DNA of 64,000 nucleotides from Minisyncoccota bacterium (GCA_009991965.1 JAACWQ010000004.1:42074-106073), one strand, 5' to 3'; positions 29,714 through 39,609 are shown, counted from the first letter of the stretch. The notes: generated by a model not told the origin, from the letters alone. Program-made: numbers and translations.

Positions 29714-30985
29714 ATGAGAAGTCCCGATCGGAAAATTGGCCTCGTAGAAAAAACCACACGCTGGATTTCGGCAATTGCTCTACTAGCAGTAGCTTCTCTG
29801 CCAGAACAGCAAAAACCTATTTTCAAATCCCTTGGACTTGATATGCCCGGCTCTGCAGATCTTATTTCTGAACCGCCTCCACTCGATGGTGACATAGAAA
29901 AGAACTGGCAAGTCAGAGAGTTAAAAATAAAAGAAGCTTGGGAACTTATACAAAGCGTCATTGGTGATAGAAAAATCGTGCCAGCCAATATTGCTTTTAT
30001 TGACAGTGGATATAGTGCTGCTGCAATGCCGGAAGATCTTAGAGAAATTCCCATTACGAATACATTGCTACTTAACCATCCCCCAGAAGAATACTACGAC
30101 CACGGACTCGCTATGGCAGCTCTCTCTGTTGGGGCTGTGTGGGACAATGAAGCAGGCATTGATCCAATTTGCGCTGCAGAGCTCTGTAATTTCCTGATAG
30201 AAAATGCGGCTAGCGGCGAAACCTACGACAATCCAACTGGGTTCTTTGTGTTTAACTACAGTGACTTGGTGGCGGCTCTCAACTGGCTAACTACACTAAC
30301 AGATGAAAATGGAGAGCCTCAAATTTCTGTGATCAATATGTCTTGGGGTGGTTGGAGCGATGTGACTAGTTTACGAAAAGCGGTAGAGCTGGCGCACGAA
30401 AAAGGCATTCTGCTTGTTGCCGGTACTGGAAACGAAGGAGAAGAAAATCGCTGCTTTTTTCCTGCCAAATATCCTGACGTAATTTCTGTGCGTGCTGTAC
30501 TTCATCTAGAAGGTGATCCAGCAAATTGGGGCAAAGATCTAGCAATAGCTTCATTCTCCAACTCCTGTGACGATAAAAAAGGCGTAGCTGCCCCAGGGTC
30601 ACTTATTAACGCCCCACAGACCAATGCCGAGGGAGTAACTACCCTCGAGTGGATAGCCGGCACCTCTCCTGCTACGGCCGAAGTTACTGGCATGCTTGGG
30701 ATGTTGATTACATTTTTGCAAACTATGGGTATCGATAAAATAGAAGCGGGACTCAGCGCAGAGGAAGCTTTACTGGCCAGCGCAACTATCCCTATATATG
30801 TCGAAGAGACGCAAATAGTAAAATGGGGCTTGGGCATGCCTGATCAAGAAAAGGCAGTAGCATATCTTATGAAAAAATATGGATATACTGTACCAATACC
30901 GACATTTGAAATATTTTTGCCGCAAATTAGTCTGGAGAACAACTACGTTTTATATCTTCCAATGATAAAAAGCGCTCTTACTTAA
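29714..30985 (+). CDS. subtilisin-like serine peptidase (S8)
   Basis: Catalytic triad contexts IAFIDSGYS (Asp), DHGLAMAAL (His), GTSPATAEVTGM (Ser); N-terminal anchor; ORF may start as early as 29642. Confidence 0.7.
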   Translation: MRSPDRKIGLVEKTTRWISAIALLAVASLPEQQKPIFKSLGLDMPGSADLISEPPPLDGDIEKNWQVRELKIKEAWELIQSVIGDRKIVPANIAFIDSGYSAAAMPEDLREIPITNTLLLNHPPEEYYDHGLAMAALSVGAVWDNEAGIDPICAAELCNFLIENAASGETYDNPTGFFVFNYSDLVAALNWLTTLTDENGEPQISVINMSWGGWSDVTSLRKAVELAHEKGILLVAGTGNEGEENRCFFPAKYPDVISVRAVLHLEGDPANWGKDLAIASFSNSCDDKKGVAAPGSLINAPQTNAEGVTTLEWIAGTSPATAEVTGMLGMLITFLQTMGIDKIEAGLSAEEALLASATIPIYVEETQIVKWGLGMPDQEKAVAYLMKKYGYTVPIPTFEIFLPQISLENNYVLYLPMIKSALT

Positions 30986-31208
30986 AAATCCCCTTAAAGA
31001 AAGCTTGAAATCGCATAATAATTTGCTTCAAAGCCGACCACAGCATGAAACAGCTATTGAAAGCAAATATCAGAAGTGGAAAATTAATTAAATTTCCTAA
31101 TAAATTCATGCTAGAAAAACATGACTTATACTCTCTTATATTTAAGAAATCATGTTCTAAAACAAGATCTTGCCTGGTAGAAGCACTCTCTTATAATCTC
31201 TTATCATT

Positions 31209-32660
31209 TTAAAATCCTGGTTCATAATATGTTCCGCTAGCTGCCCCCCTTAATTTAATGAGTTGAACTTGAACCAAACCTTGCAGATCTTTATTTATTG
31301 TAGGTCGTGAAGCGCTGGGTGAAAGCTTAACACATTCTTTTGCAGTAATTGTTGGATTCTCTTGTAAAAAATGCCATATTTTTATTTGTCTTTCATTTAA
31401 ATGTGAGAATGTATCTCCCAACAAAACAACTTTAAAACTGTTTGCTGCATTTTTGAAGATGGGCTCTAGTAGAGACCATTCTTCCATTCTAGATAAAACT
31501 ATATTAATTCCTCTTCCATACTCCTCAAGATAATCTAAGTCTTTTAGTAAAGAAGCGATAATTTCATTTCTACTAAACTGAGAGTCTCTGAGGTTTTCAA
31601 TTGTAATTCCCGGAGGAAGATTTCCTGGATTTGAAATTTCTATCCTATTAGAAAAAATGTTAATTTGAGTATACGTTTCAGTTATAAGATAATCTCTATG
31701 AATAACCGCATTTGCCACAAGTTCTCGAATTGCCTCAGGAGGATACTCGTATTTTTCAACCCTCTTCGAACCAATAATTTCTGCTCTCAGAGAAATATTT
31801 CTAAGTATAAATTGGTGAATTAAATCAATTTGTTCATCAAGGGTCCCAAGAATATCCTGCTTGTCTAAAATTGGAGTAGAAACAGAAAATCCTGCATATC
31901 GCACACATCTAACCACATAACGGGAAAAAGGAAGTAAGGTCTGGGGCTGGACATTAGAAAATATGAGAAAACCTCCAACAGTTGGAAAATAATTACCATT
32001 AAAATTATCTATCACGCCAAGATTTTTCATCACTTTGTTTGTTGGTGCACTATCAACAAATTTTCTTTTAGCTTTTTCAGCACTCTTAATGAGTAATTCT
32101 TTAATCTTGCCAACATCTAAAAGATCTATGCTAGCCTGAGATGCCTGAGTCTTATCAAATTTAAAAATGTCTGAATTCCTAATGAATGCCCTCATTTCTT
32201 CATCAGTAATAACTCTATCCACATTGCCTTCTCGAATACAGGCGCCCCTAGGTAACCCCAGTCTCTTATTAAAGCAAGGCTTTCGCTCCTCGTTTGTTTC
32301 GGAAACACAAAGAACTAGAAGCTCTTTTTTATCAAGCTCAACAATTCTCAAACTATAAATACCATGATTTTGCATTACTTCATTTAAAAAACTTACTATT
32401 TTTTCTTGAAGAAATGCCAAGTCTAGTCCACCCACTATTTCAATTTTGCCACTGTCTCTATCTTCATAAATTCCAAAAACTATAATTCCTCCTCCGGGTT
32501 TGTGAGAGAAGGAAGAAATTGATTTCCAACAGCTACTTGGGAACCCACCTCTAGCGTCTTTAAATTCGACATTGTCTGTCTCAGTTTTATGATGTCTGGC
32601 TTTTTTAATTAATGCAACTAATTGCTCATCATCGAATTTCATAATGAGATTATACTTCAT
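31209..32660 (-). CDS. Schlafen/AlbA_2 domain ATP-binding protein with C-terminal RecG-C-like wHTH
   Basis: N-terminal AlbA_2 motif (ETDNVEFKDARGGFP); C-terminal HATPase_c_4/wHTH-like region. Confidence 0.5.
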   Translation of the reverse strand: MKYNLIMKFDDEQLVALIKKARHHKTETDNVEFKDARGGFPSSCWKSISSFSHKPGGGIIVFGIYEDRDSGKIEIVGGLDLAFLQEKIVSFLNEVMQNHGIYSLRIVELDKKELLVLCVSETNEERKPCFNKRLGLPRGACIREGNVDRVITDEEMRAFIRNSDIFKFDKTQASQASIDLLDVGKIKELLIKSAEKAKRKFVDSAPTNKVMKNLGVIDNFNGNYFPTVGGFLIFSNVQPQTLLPFSRYVVRCVRYAGFSVSTPILDKQDILGTLDEQIDLIHQFILRNISLRAEIIGSKRVEKYEYPPEAIRELVANAVIHRDYLITETYTQINIFSNRIEISNPGNLPPGITIENLRDSQFSRNEIIASLLKDLDYLEEYGRGINIVLSRMEEWSLLEPIFKNAANSFKVVLLGDTFSHLNERQIKIWHFLQENPTITAKECVKLSPSASRPTINKDLQGLVQVQLIKLRGAASGTYYEPGF

Positions 32661-32878
32661 GGTCTGAGCTCTATTTCTTTTCTACCTATCAAGCCCAACT
32701 CTATTAACTAAGTCAATTTACATGGAACTTTACGAAATTCAGAGGAAAAGTTGTTGACGCTGGGAGAATATTAAAACTCATGCTTCCCCAAACAACTTTT
32801 TAGCCGCCTCATACAACGGCAAAACTATTTCCTTTGCCTCAGGCAACAACTTTTTCCAACTTCGAGCCAACTTTTTCA

Positions 32879-33346
32879 TCACAAACTCTCTGCCTTCGCC
32901 TGTTTCCATTTTTTTACTTTGAAAGCAAGAGAAAAAAGTGCGTCAAGATTATCAAAGTGTGCCATAGAATCAGCGCTTGCCAGTATCTCCGCCTCGATCG
33001 TTTCTCTAGGTATCTCTCTGCTCCCCCGATGAGAAAGAATGCAGTGCTCTACTTGCGAAATTTTCTGCTCGGGATACTTATAATTTTCCAAAAGCTCACG
33101 GGCCAACCGAGCTGAGTGAACATGATGTTCAGAATATAGTTTACTGTCTGAAATCTGGGCATAGTCGTGCAACAGCGCAGCAAGCACTGCAACTTCGACA
33201 TCAGCTTGCTTCTTTTTTGCAAGTTTTTTGGAAAAAGCTACAACACTCTGGATGTGATGTGTCCAGGCGCTAAAGCCGTAAATATTATTCTCTGATTTAC
33301 AAGTGTCTTCGACAATTTTTGCTATTTTTGAAACTACTTGACTCAC
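32879..33346 (-). CDS. HD-domain phosphohydrolase
   Basis: H..HD..H..H..D motif set (WTHH, LLHDY, HHVHS, ILSHRG, ASADSMAH). Confidence 0.7.
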   Translation of the reverse strand: MSQVVSKIAKIVEDTCKSENNIYGFSAWTHHIQSVVAFSKKLAKKKQADVEVAVLAALLHDYAQISDSKLYSEHHVHSARLARELLENYKYPEQKISQVEHCILSHRGSREIPRETIEAEILASADSMAHFDNLDALFSLAFKVKKWKQAKAESL

Positions 33347-33361
33347 AATTAGAGCCTATTT

Positions 33362-33763
33362 TTAAACAAATACTTTAGCTAATAACCAGAATAATATCCC
33401 AGCCATACCCCAAAGTGGGATAGACAAAAGACTAGTATACCCTCCTAAGGAATATCTATGATAACTCCATAACCTCTGGCCCATTATTTGATGATAAAAA
33501 TAACCAATGGTCCATTCTAGGAACGTTCCCACCAGCGCAAAAAATAAATATACAGTCATCAGTGATGAACCAAATTTTGATATGTATATACCAACAGCCA
33601 AAAATGTGGGAAGTAGCAAGTAAAAATACTTGCTCCAAGAAAAGTGGTATATTCGAATTTTCTTACCAGATAACTTAAAATATAATTGCTGGGTAGCTGC
33701 TTCAAAAACAACTCCCCCGACCACCATTGAGAGAAAAATAATGATATCCTGAATAGTTACCAT
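33362..33763 (-). CDS. small integral membrane protein
   Basis: 133 aa, four predicted TM helices. Confidence 0.4.
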   Translation of the reverse strand: MVTIQDIIIFLSMVVGGVVFEAATQQLYFKLSGKKIRIYHFSWSKYFYLLLPTFLAVGIYISKFGSSLMTVYLFFALVGTFLEWTIGYFYHQIMGQRLWSYHRYSLGGYTSLLSIPLWGMAGILFWLLAKVFV

Positions 33764-33880
33764 AAACAGAATGGTATTTCATTTGAGCAAGTAAATCAAT
33801 TCAATGTTGACACTCTGGGAGGAAGTTAGAACCTATTTTTACTCTGCTGGGACGAAAGTTTACGTCAGTATAAGCTAGCT

Positions 33881-34678
33881 TTAAGTAGCAACATCCCGAA
33901 CTCTTCTCTCCTGACGAATTGTCAATACTGACAAAAGATTTTCTGCAATCGATGCTTGCAAAATCGCGTTTGTAGAAGCAAGTTCTAGCACTCTCTGTCT
34001 GTATTCCGCACAAAGTTTGGGATCTGGCGTAAACCCAGCATAACCGGTAATTAAGATAGCTGCGCCCATCATATCCATACTTATGTCCATGCAATTAGAT
34101 GTAATGAACTCAAGATTTCCATTGCCAATCTCAGTGGCATACTCGCGAATATCTTCCAAACCAACAAATGTTAGATGACCTCCATACCCTACGAGGGAAT
34201 CCCACGGATGATCTAGTTCCTTCATCCAATCTATCAAAGTGGAAACAAATTCTTTCGCATGTGAAGGAACCACACACAGTATGTCGTAATCTAAATTTAC
34301 AGGATCGTCATAGCGCATTGACCCATAAACCAAAACCACAATCTTGTTGTCTCTCAGATACTGCAAACGTTCTGTAAAAAATACTTTGAGCACCCTGTAA
34401 CCCTCAATCACTCTTGGACTTTTTGCTGAATCTGGGTTAACTTGAAGTGTTTCTAACGCTCTACGAGTATCTGCAATTACTTCAGGGATGCTATTAGGAT
34501 TAAGGAGTAAATTGAATAGAGGTAGTATCGTTCTCTCCGAGTGATATTCTCCAAGAAGTGGTTTTACAAAACTTCTGGATAATGGCGGAAGTAAATCCCA
34601 GTTAGGTGTTGGTAGTTCTGTCATTGCCCCAATCATATCAAACAAAAAAAACGCCGAGTGGCGATTTCTTCGTTTCAT
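33881..34678 (-). CDS. Pol-beta-superfamily nucleotidyltransferase domain protein
   Basis: hG[GS]x9-13Dh[DE] signature (VLVYGSMRYDDPVNLDYDILCVV), unusually placed mid-protein. Confidence 0.45.
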   Translation of the reverse strand: MKRRNRHSAFFLFDMIGAMTELPTPNWDLLPPLSRSFVKPLLGEYHSERTILPLFNLLLNPNSIPEVIADTRRALETLQVNPDSAKSPRVIEGYRVLKVFFTERLQYLRDNKIVVLVYGSMRYDDPVNLDYDILCVVPSHAKEFVSTLIDWMKELDHPWDSLVGYGGHLTFVGLEDIREYATEIGNGNLEFITSNCMDISMDMMGAAILITGYAGFTPDPKLCAEYRQRVLELASTNAILQASIAENLLSVLTIRQERRVRDVAT

Positions 34679-35039
34679 TGTTGACTATCTGGGATGATAT
34701 CCGAACATGGATTGAAAGTCAAAAATTGTTCATGTTTCCAGATACAGCAATGGCTGTGCCTGCTGCTGCTGAATACCTGCGGTGGAAATGTCTGAGTTGA
34801 TGACCACTTCAAACAACAACTAAGCAAGTTGCGTATATTGTTTGTATTGACAAACTTATACTTTTTGTATATGTTAGAAGATGCTCTTTAACATGGTTTA
34901 ATTGTGAAACTCATTCATACTCCATTATTTTAGACCCTTGAGGTCTGAACTTATTTTCCTTGCAAAAAAATGAGTGTTTCCGTCCAGTGACTATTCTTAT
35001 GTAATAATTTTTCACTTGATCAGGGAGATACTAAATAGC

Positions 35040-35320
35040 TCGTGGCTCTTTAGTTGTAGCGGAACGCTATCATATGCGAGCCTGAATGAGCCACATACTA
35101 GGAAGTATCGACCTACTATTATTAAATAAACAGTTTTAGTAAGAAAGGCGCCGATTATGGATACAACGCTTCTTAATTTGTCACAAGTTAAACCTAGCGT
35201 TCCGTTCATAAGGGCGGTCACTTCTGAAAATAATACTCTTGATCATCAGAGTAATCAGACTAATTGTCTGGATTATTCGACTCATGATCGAGTTAAAACA
35301 GATGTAGCCGCCCTTTAGCT
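35040..35320 (+). ncRNA. candidate structured ncRNA upstream of the HTH-RT pair (retron msr/msd-like)
   Basis: Nested inverted repeats gcggaacgct (35060-35069) with agcgttccg (35196-35204), and aagggcgg (35210-35217) with ccgccctt (35308-35315); long imperfect hairpin at about 35229-35290 with apical stem aatcagac/gtctggatt; a TTGACA -35-like hexamer at 34847. Confidence 0.3.
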
Positions 35321-35337
35321 CGAAACAGATTATAACT

Positions 35338-35664
35338 ATGAACTCTTTACCCATATTTTTAAAACAACTTAGAAAAGCGAGTTCTCTGACACAAATAGAG
35401 CTTGCAAATGCTCTAGGAGTATCTACTGTACTAATATCGATGCTTGAGTCTGGTCAAAAAAAAGCCTCGCTTAAATTCTTGCACATATTAGCTCGGAAAT
35501 TGAAAGTTCATCCTGGAGCTATTGCTCCACTCGCTTTCAATGACCATGCTAGCGCGAATCAAAGCGAAACCAGCCAACTAGAAAAAAAATTGATCAATTT
35601 AGGCATTAAACTACAAGAAGAACTGATAAAGAAAAAGGCGAAGTACCTTAAAATAGATGGCTAA
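35338..35664 (+). CDS. XRE-family HTH protein
   Basis: HTH_3 (LTQIELANALGVSTVLISMLESGQKKASLKFLHILARKL); 8-bp overlap with the RT gene start. Confidence 0.65.
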   Translation: MNSLPIFLKQLRKASSLTQIELANALGVSTVLISMLESGQKKASLKFLHILARKLKVHPGAIAPLAFNDHASANQSETSQLEKKLINLGIKLQEELIKKKAKYLKIDG

Positions 35665-36622
35665 TATTTACCCTCAAATTAGTATTAGAAGCAAGAATGA
35701 GCTTGCAAAGCAAATAAGCTCAGTAAAGCTCCCCTTTGAGGGAGCGTTAAGCCTGATTAATAATGTAATTGAAAACTACGACACGTACTGGAAAGACAGC
35801 AAAAAATCAGAACCTCAAAAAAGAAAATATGTAAGGACAGCTGTAGGCACCCCTCTTGATACCCTTCTGAAAGCTATTGATAAAAAGCTCTTGCAGACTC
35901 ATGACAAGCTCATACCTGGCTTTATTTTCGGCGGTGTAAAAGGTAAGAGTCACATTGCAGCTGCATACCATCTTGTAGGAAATAGAAATAAAAGAATCTT
36001 GTTAAAGATGGATATTTCAAGATTCTTCGAGAAAATTACACGAGAACGCGTCTTTTATTTCTTTAACAAAAAATGCAACTGCAGCGTCAAAGCCTCTAAT
36101 TTGCTTGCCGACCTATGCTGTGTACCAAAAGGTAAAAAGGGTAGTACTGACCCTACTAAGACCATAGCTAGAGGTTTCCCAACTTCATCAAGGTTAGCCA
36201 TATGGACCAACTTGGAAACATTTCTTAAATTGCGGCATACAGTAACCAAGAAACTAAAAAATCATGACCCACAAACAGTAATCTTTGTTGACGACATAGG
36301 TATTTCGGCAAGTCGAACATCCAAAGAATCGCTAGATGAAATAAGAAAGTCAGTGCAAAAAATTCTTCTGTCACATGATCGAAATCAACCGCTCCCTGCA
36401 AATAAGGGAAAAACAAAAATCATTCCCTTTTCTGAAGGAGCAGAACATCTTGGACTACTCCTAGGAAGAAATAAAATTAGTATAGGCAGGAAAACCAAAT
36501 CAAGAATGGCAACGATAAGAAGTTTGGTCGGTAAATCGCGTGGTGAAACAAAAAAATCACTAATTAAAAGAGAGGCATCTTACTACAGATACAAAAAACA
36601 AATTGAAGAAACTATCATTTGA
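35657..36622 (+). CDS. reverse transcriptase (small, retron/Abi/DRT-like)
   Basis: RT motifs: LKMDISRFFEKI (motif 2), GFPTSSRLAIWTNLE (motif 4/B'), VIFVDDIGIS (YxDD-type motif 5/C), KTKIIPF...HLGLLLG (motifs 6/7). Confidence 0.6.
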   Translation: MANIYPQISIRSKNELAKQISSVKLPFEGALSLINNVIENYDTYWKDSKKSEPQKRKYVRTAVGTPLDTLLKAIDKKLLQTHDKLIPGFIFGGVKGKSHIAAAYHLVGNRNKRILLKMDISRFFEKITRERVFYFFNKKCNCSVKASNLLADLCCVPKGKKGSTDPTKTIARGFPTSSRLAIWTNLETFLKLRHTVTKKLKNHDPQTVIFVDDIGISASRTSKESLDEIRKSVQKILLSHDRNQPLPANKGKTKIIPFSEGAEHLGLLLGRNKISIGRKTKSRMATIRSLVGKSRGETKKSLIKREASYYRYKKQIEETII

Positions 36623-36773
36623 GCGAACTACATCAATTTTCATTAGTGGTTCACTTTTACACTGCAAAGCTTTGAATCAAACTCTGGATTTCCAATCTTG
36701 CCTGATGTAGCAGCTCGCTATCCAAGAAATCAACCATTTCTTGCGTATTCATTTTTACTTTTAACAACATATT

Positions 36774-37589
36774 TTAACTCTCTTTTGCCACTTCTTCAGC
36801 CAGCTGGGGATTGAGTACTACAACAATAATTCCTAGACTTTTATAAAACGAAAGCCACCAAATACCTCCGCTCTTATCATCTTTGATAGCTACGTTCTTG
36901 TAGGAAAGTACTTCTCCAAATCTACCGACAGTTGGACTTTGCTTGCTTAGCAATTCTGGTAGCCAGTTTGGAGGATCCCAGTACACTTGAAACACTTGCT
37001 CATCAAGAATGCGATCTCCACAATTCTGATAGTAAAGACCCTTAACAATCTTAATTGCTACTCTGTCTACTCTGTCACTATCGATTTTTATTCCATCGAC
37101 TTTTCTGGTTATTAAACCATCAGATGAGGTTGTGACAACGGTAACGATGTCTCTTCTAATAAGGTCTAACTTAGAAACAGTTTTACTTCGTTCATACGGT
37201 CTCATATAACTGGGCTGAGTTCCCTCTTTGAAGACTTGCCGGGCAATGGTATTTTGACCAACTATAGAGAAGCGGTCTCTAATATACTCCTCATCGAGGT
37301 TGAGGAGATTATTACACGCTTTACAAGTTGGTAATTTGTAGCCTCGTGAGTTTGACATCCGATCTAAGGTAAGTGCTAGATGCTCAACACCTTTTTTTGG
37401 AAACAAAGTCTTAGGTGGAACATGATCCCAAGATTCTGCTTCATTTTTCCCACATAAATAGCAAATTAATCCAGATTTCATTAGTTGATATTGTACAGGG
37501 GGAAGATTTGTTTCGCTTATATTGACCGGCCATAATCTTGGCTGCAACATTATGAATTTTTGGTATAGACAACTAATGTCGAGGTGCAC
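36774..37589 (-). CDS. HNH endonuclease domain protein
   Basis: CYLCGK...WDHVPPK...CKACNNLL (CxxC...DH..P...CxxCN); divergent from the TerS gene. Confidence 0.5.
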   Translation of the reverse strand: MHLDISCLYQKFIMLQPRLWPVNISETNLPPVQYQLMKSGLICYLCGKNEAESWDHVPPKTLFPKKGVEHLALTLDRMSNSRGYKLPTCKACNNLLNLDEEYIRDRFSIVGQNTIARQVFKEGTQPSYMRPYERSKTVSKLDLIRRDIVTVVTTSSDGLITRKVDGIKIDSDRVDRVAIKIVKGLYYQNCGDRILDEQVFQVYWDPPNWLPELLSKQSPTVGRFGEVLSYKNVAIKDDKSGGIWWLSFYKSLGIIVVVLNPQLAEEVAKES

Positions 37590-37658
37590 TTGAATTTCTC
37601 AAGGAACATGTAATATTAAAGTGAGCTACTTCAAAAATTAGTTATCAGGTAACTTTAT

Positions 37659-38138
37659 ATGGGCAGAGAAGCAAAACAAAGCAATAACCTAACTAGAAAG
37701 CAATCATCTTTTGTTAAAAGGCTAATTTTGGGTGATTCAGCCACTCAAGCTGCATTGGCTACTTATGGTACTTCCGACCCCAAAGTTGCCTCTTCAATAG
37801 CCAGTGAGAACCTGAATAAACCTGCTATTAGAGAAGCTATTGAGCAGGCTTTCAGATCAAAGGGTCTATCCTTGGATGTAATTGTTTCAAATATTGGAGA
37901 ATTAGCAAATCACAAACCAACAAAAATCAGTGGAGAAACCAAACTAAAAGCTAATATCGAACTCTTAAAGCTGTTGGGGGCATATTATCTAGATAGAAAA
38001 AGATCGAGCATTAGTGTCTCATTCTCATCACAAGTTAGCGCCATGACTTTCAGTGAAGCTAAAGCAAGCATGCTTGAGCTACAAGCAACTACAGAAGAGT
38101 TAATGGCAGACATTGAAACTACCCCCCACACCACCTAA
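37659..38138 (+). CDS. phage terminase small subunit (Terminase_2/P27 family)
   Basis: LTRKQSSFVKRLILGDSATQAALATYGTSDPKVASSIASENLNKPAIREAIEQA matches the TerS family consensus pattern. Confidence 0.65.
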   Translation: MGREAKQSNNLTRKQSSFVKRLILGDSATQAALATYGTSDPKVASSIASENLNKPAIREAIEQAFRSKGLSLDVIVSNIGELANHKPTKISGETKLKANIELLKLLGAYYLDRKRSSISVSFSSQVSAMTFSEAKASMLELQATTEELMADIETTPHTT

Positions 38139-38202
38139 AGTGAATCATAAATAATAATGACTTAGCCCCTTTTCAATGGGCGATAATTTTTTTAGGAAAT
38201 TC

Positions 38203-38484
38203 TCAAAATGGTAATAACTCCGAAGCAGGTACTTTCAAAGCTTTTGCTACTTTATAAAGCGTTCTTATTGTTGGGTTTCTTTCCCCTCGTTCAATCAAAC
38301 CGATATAAGTTCTATGCATTGATAGCAATTCAGCTAACTTTTCTTGAGAGATGCCCCTAGACTGTCTAACTTTTTGCATTTTTTGCCCAAACTTCAGTAA
38401 AATTGAGTGATGAGTTATTGGCTTTCCCATTAAGGGAATATTAGAGACTACTAGTCTCAACTTCGACAGACTCCTTGTCATCAT
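38203..38484 (-). CDS. XRE-family HTH regulator
   Basis: HTH_3 (ISQEKLAELLSMHRTYIGLIERGERNPTIRTLYKVAKAL); divergent from the downstream plus-strand genes. Confidence 0.6.
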   Translation of the reverse strand: MMTRSLSKLRLVVSNIPLMGKPITHHSILLKFGQKMQKVRQSRGISQEKLAELLSMHRTYIGLIERGERNPTIRTLYKVAKALKVPASELLPF

Positions 38485-38562
38485 ACTGTTTCGTTTGTAT
38501 AATCGATAAAACCTTTATCTAATCCTCTGTAACTAAACTCGCTTCAAGACGGGAAAAAATAT

Positions 38563-38868
38563 ATGGCTACTTTTCTTTTGCTTATACTCGTGATTTGGAT
38601 TGTTGTAGTTCCGATTTTGAATTGGTTCTGGCAGTTGCATGAAGACGGTGAACAGTGGAAAAGAGAAGAAGCAGAAGTACAAAAGGAAATGCAAACACAA
38701 AAGGACTGGGAGGCTTATCAAGCAGGGGAAATTCCAATGACAGAAGACGTTGACATGATGCTTCTGCGTAATATGTTTGATTTGCCAATTGAAGAACGGG
38801 CTTCAAGTGTTTGGGCGAAAGCTCTGAGACAAGAGCAGCAAAGAAAGAAAATGGGCATAAAACTCTAA
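38563..38868 (+). CDS. hypothetical small membrane-anchored protein
   Basis: N-terminal TM helix and a charged C-terminus. Confidence 0.35.
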   Translation: MATFLLLILVIWIVVVPILNWFWQLHEDGEQWKREEAEVQKEMQTQKDWEAYQAGEIPMTEDVDMMLLRNMFDLPIEERASSVWAKALRQEQQRKKMGIKL

Positions 38869-38902
38869 GAATACACATAAGTTACCCTGATATGATTGGG
38901 AC

Positions 38903-39553
38903 ATGACAGATAGGGTCATCAAAGTTGAGGTTGATATTAAAGATAAACGGAAATTTCAAGACATTGTACTTCTGGTTGATAGAAAAGACTTTCTTCAAGA
39001 TCTGAACATTTACCTTGAACATTGCGCGCAGGAAATAAATGAAGATAGATCTATCACTAATCAATATATGAGGCCAGTACTACATGACGAGGCATTAAGA
39101 TTAGTACGGAAGTATAGATATCCTGACGGTTTCTCGAGTGCGATTAGCGCAATAGCTCTAAAAGGAATTGTTACAGATTCAGACCTAAGACATTGTTACT
39201 TAGCGAAATTGATCTCTCCCTCGTCTTACGTTGACTCTTACTCAAACACTTTTACTAAAGAAGACCTAGTTATTTTTATTGATCCGAGCATTATCACCTG
39301 GAGAAAAAAAGCAATTCTCGATCAGGTAAAGGGCTTTTTGCTTGATGCCGAGGTAAATATTTCAAAATTTCCCCGAAATCACCCCCTTTGTAGAGATATA
39401 AAACGAGAAATAAAGTGTATGAGAAAATTGTATTTGGATAGAGAACTAAATAATCTAAGCACAAAAAAAATGTCTCAAATATATGAAAGGGAAGAAAAAA
39501 CGATTGACACTTATATTGATAGGTATCGTAATTCCCTTAAATACGACATTTAG
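38903..39553 (+). CDS. hypothetical protein
   Basis: 216-aa ORF followed by a terminator hairpin. Confidence 0.4.
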   Translation: MTDRVIKVEVDIKDKRKFQDIVLLVDRKDFLQDLNIYLEHCAQEINEDRSITNQYMRPVLHDEALRLVRKYRYPDGFSSAISAIALKGIVTDSDLRHCYLAKLISPSSYVDSYSNTFTKEDLVIFIDPSIITWRKKAILDQVKGFLLDAEVNISKFPRNHPLCRDIKREIKCMRKLYLDRELNNLSTKKMSQIYEREEKTIDTYIDRYRNSLKYDI

Positions 39554-39609
39554 AGAAACACTTGCTGTAGATTTTAATTAAGATCATTTTCAGTTAGTTT
39601 CTATCTGAG

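Noticed and set aside
30986-31208. Search for a direct repeat of the tRNA 3' end (ttgttgcgggactagg) at the left island boundary
   Set aside because: No convincing repeat was found by eye. Serine-recombinase att sites need only a 2-bp crossover with imperfect flanking symmetry, so the absence is uninformative. The left boundary remains approximate.
34847-34875. Sigma-70-like promoter (TTGACA-N17-TATGTT) upstream of the candidate ncRNA
   Set aside because: The -35 hexamer is perfect but the -10 is weak (4/6). In an AT-rich region such matches arise by chance, so it is noted only as supporting context inside the ncRNA feature.
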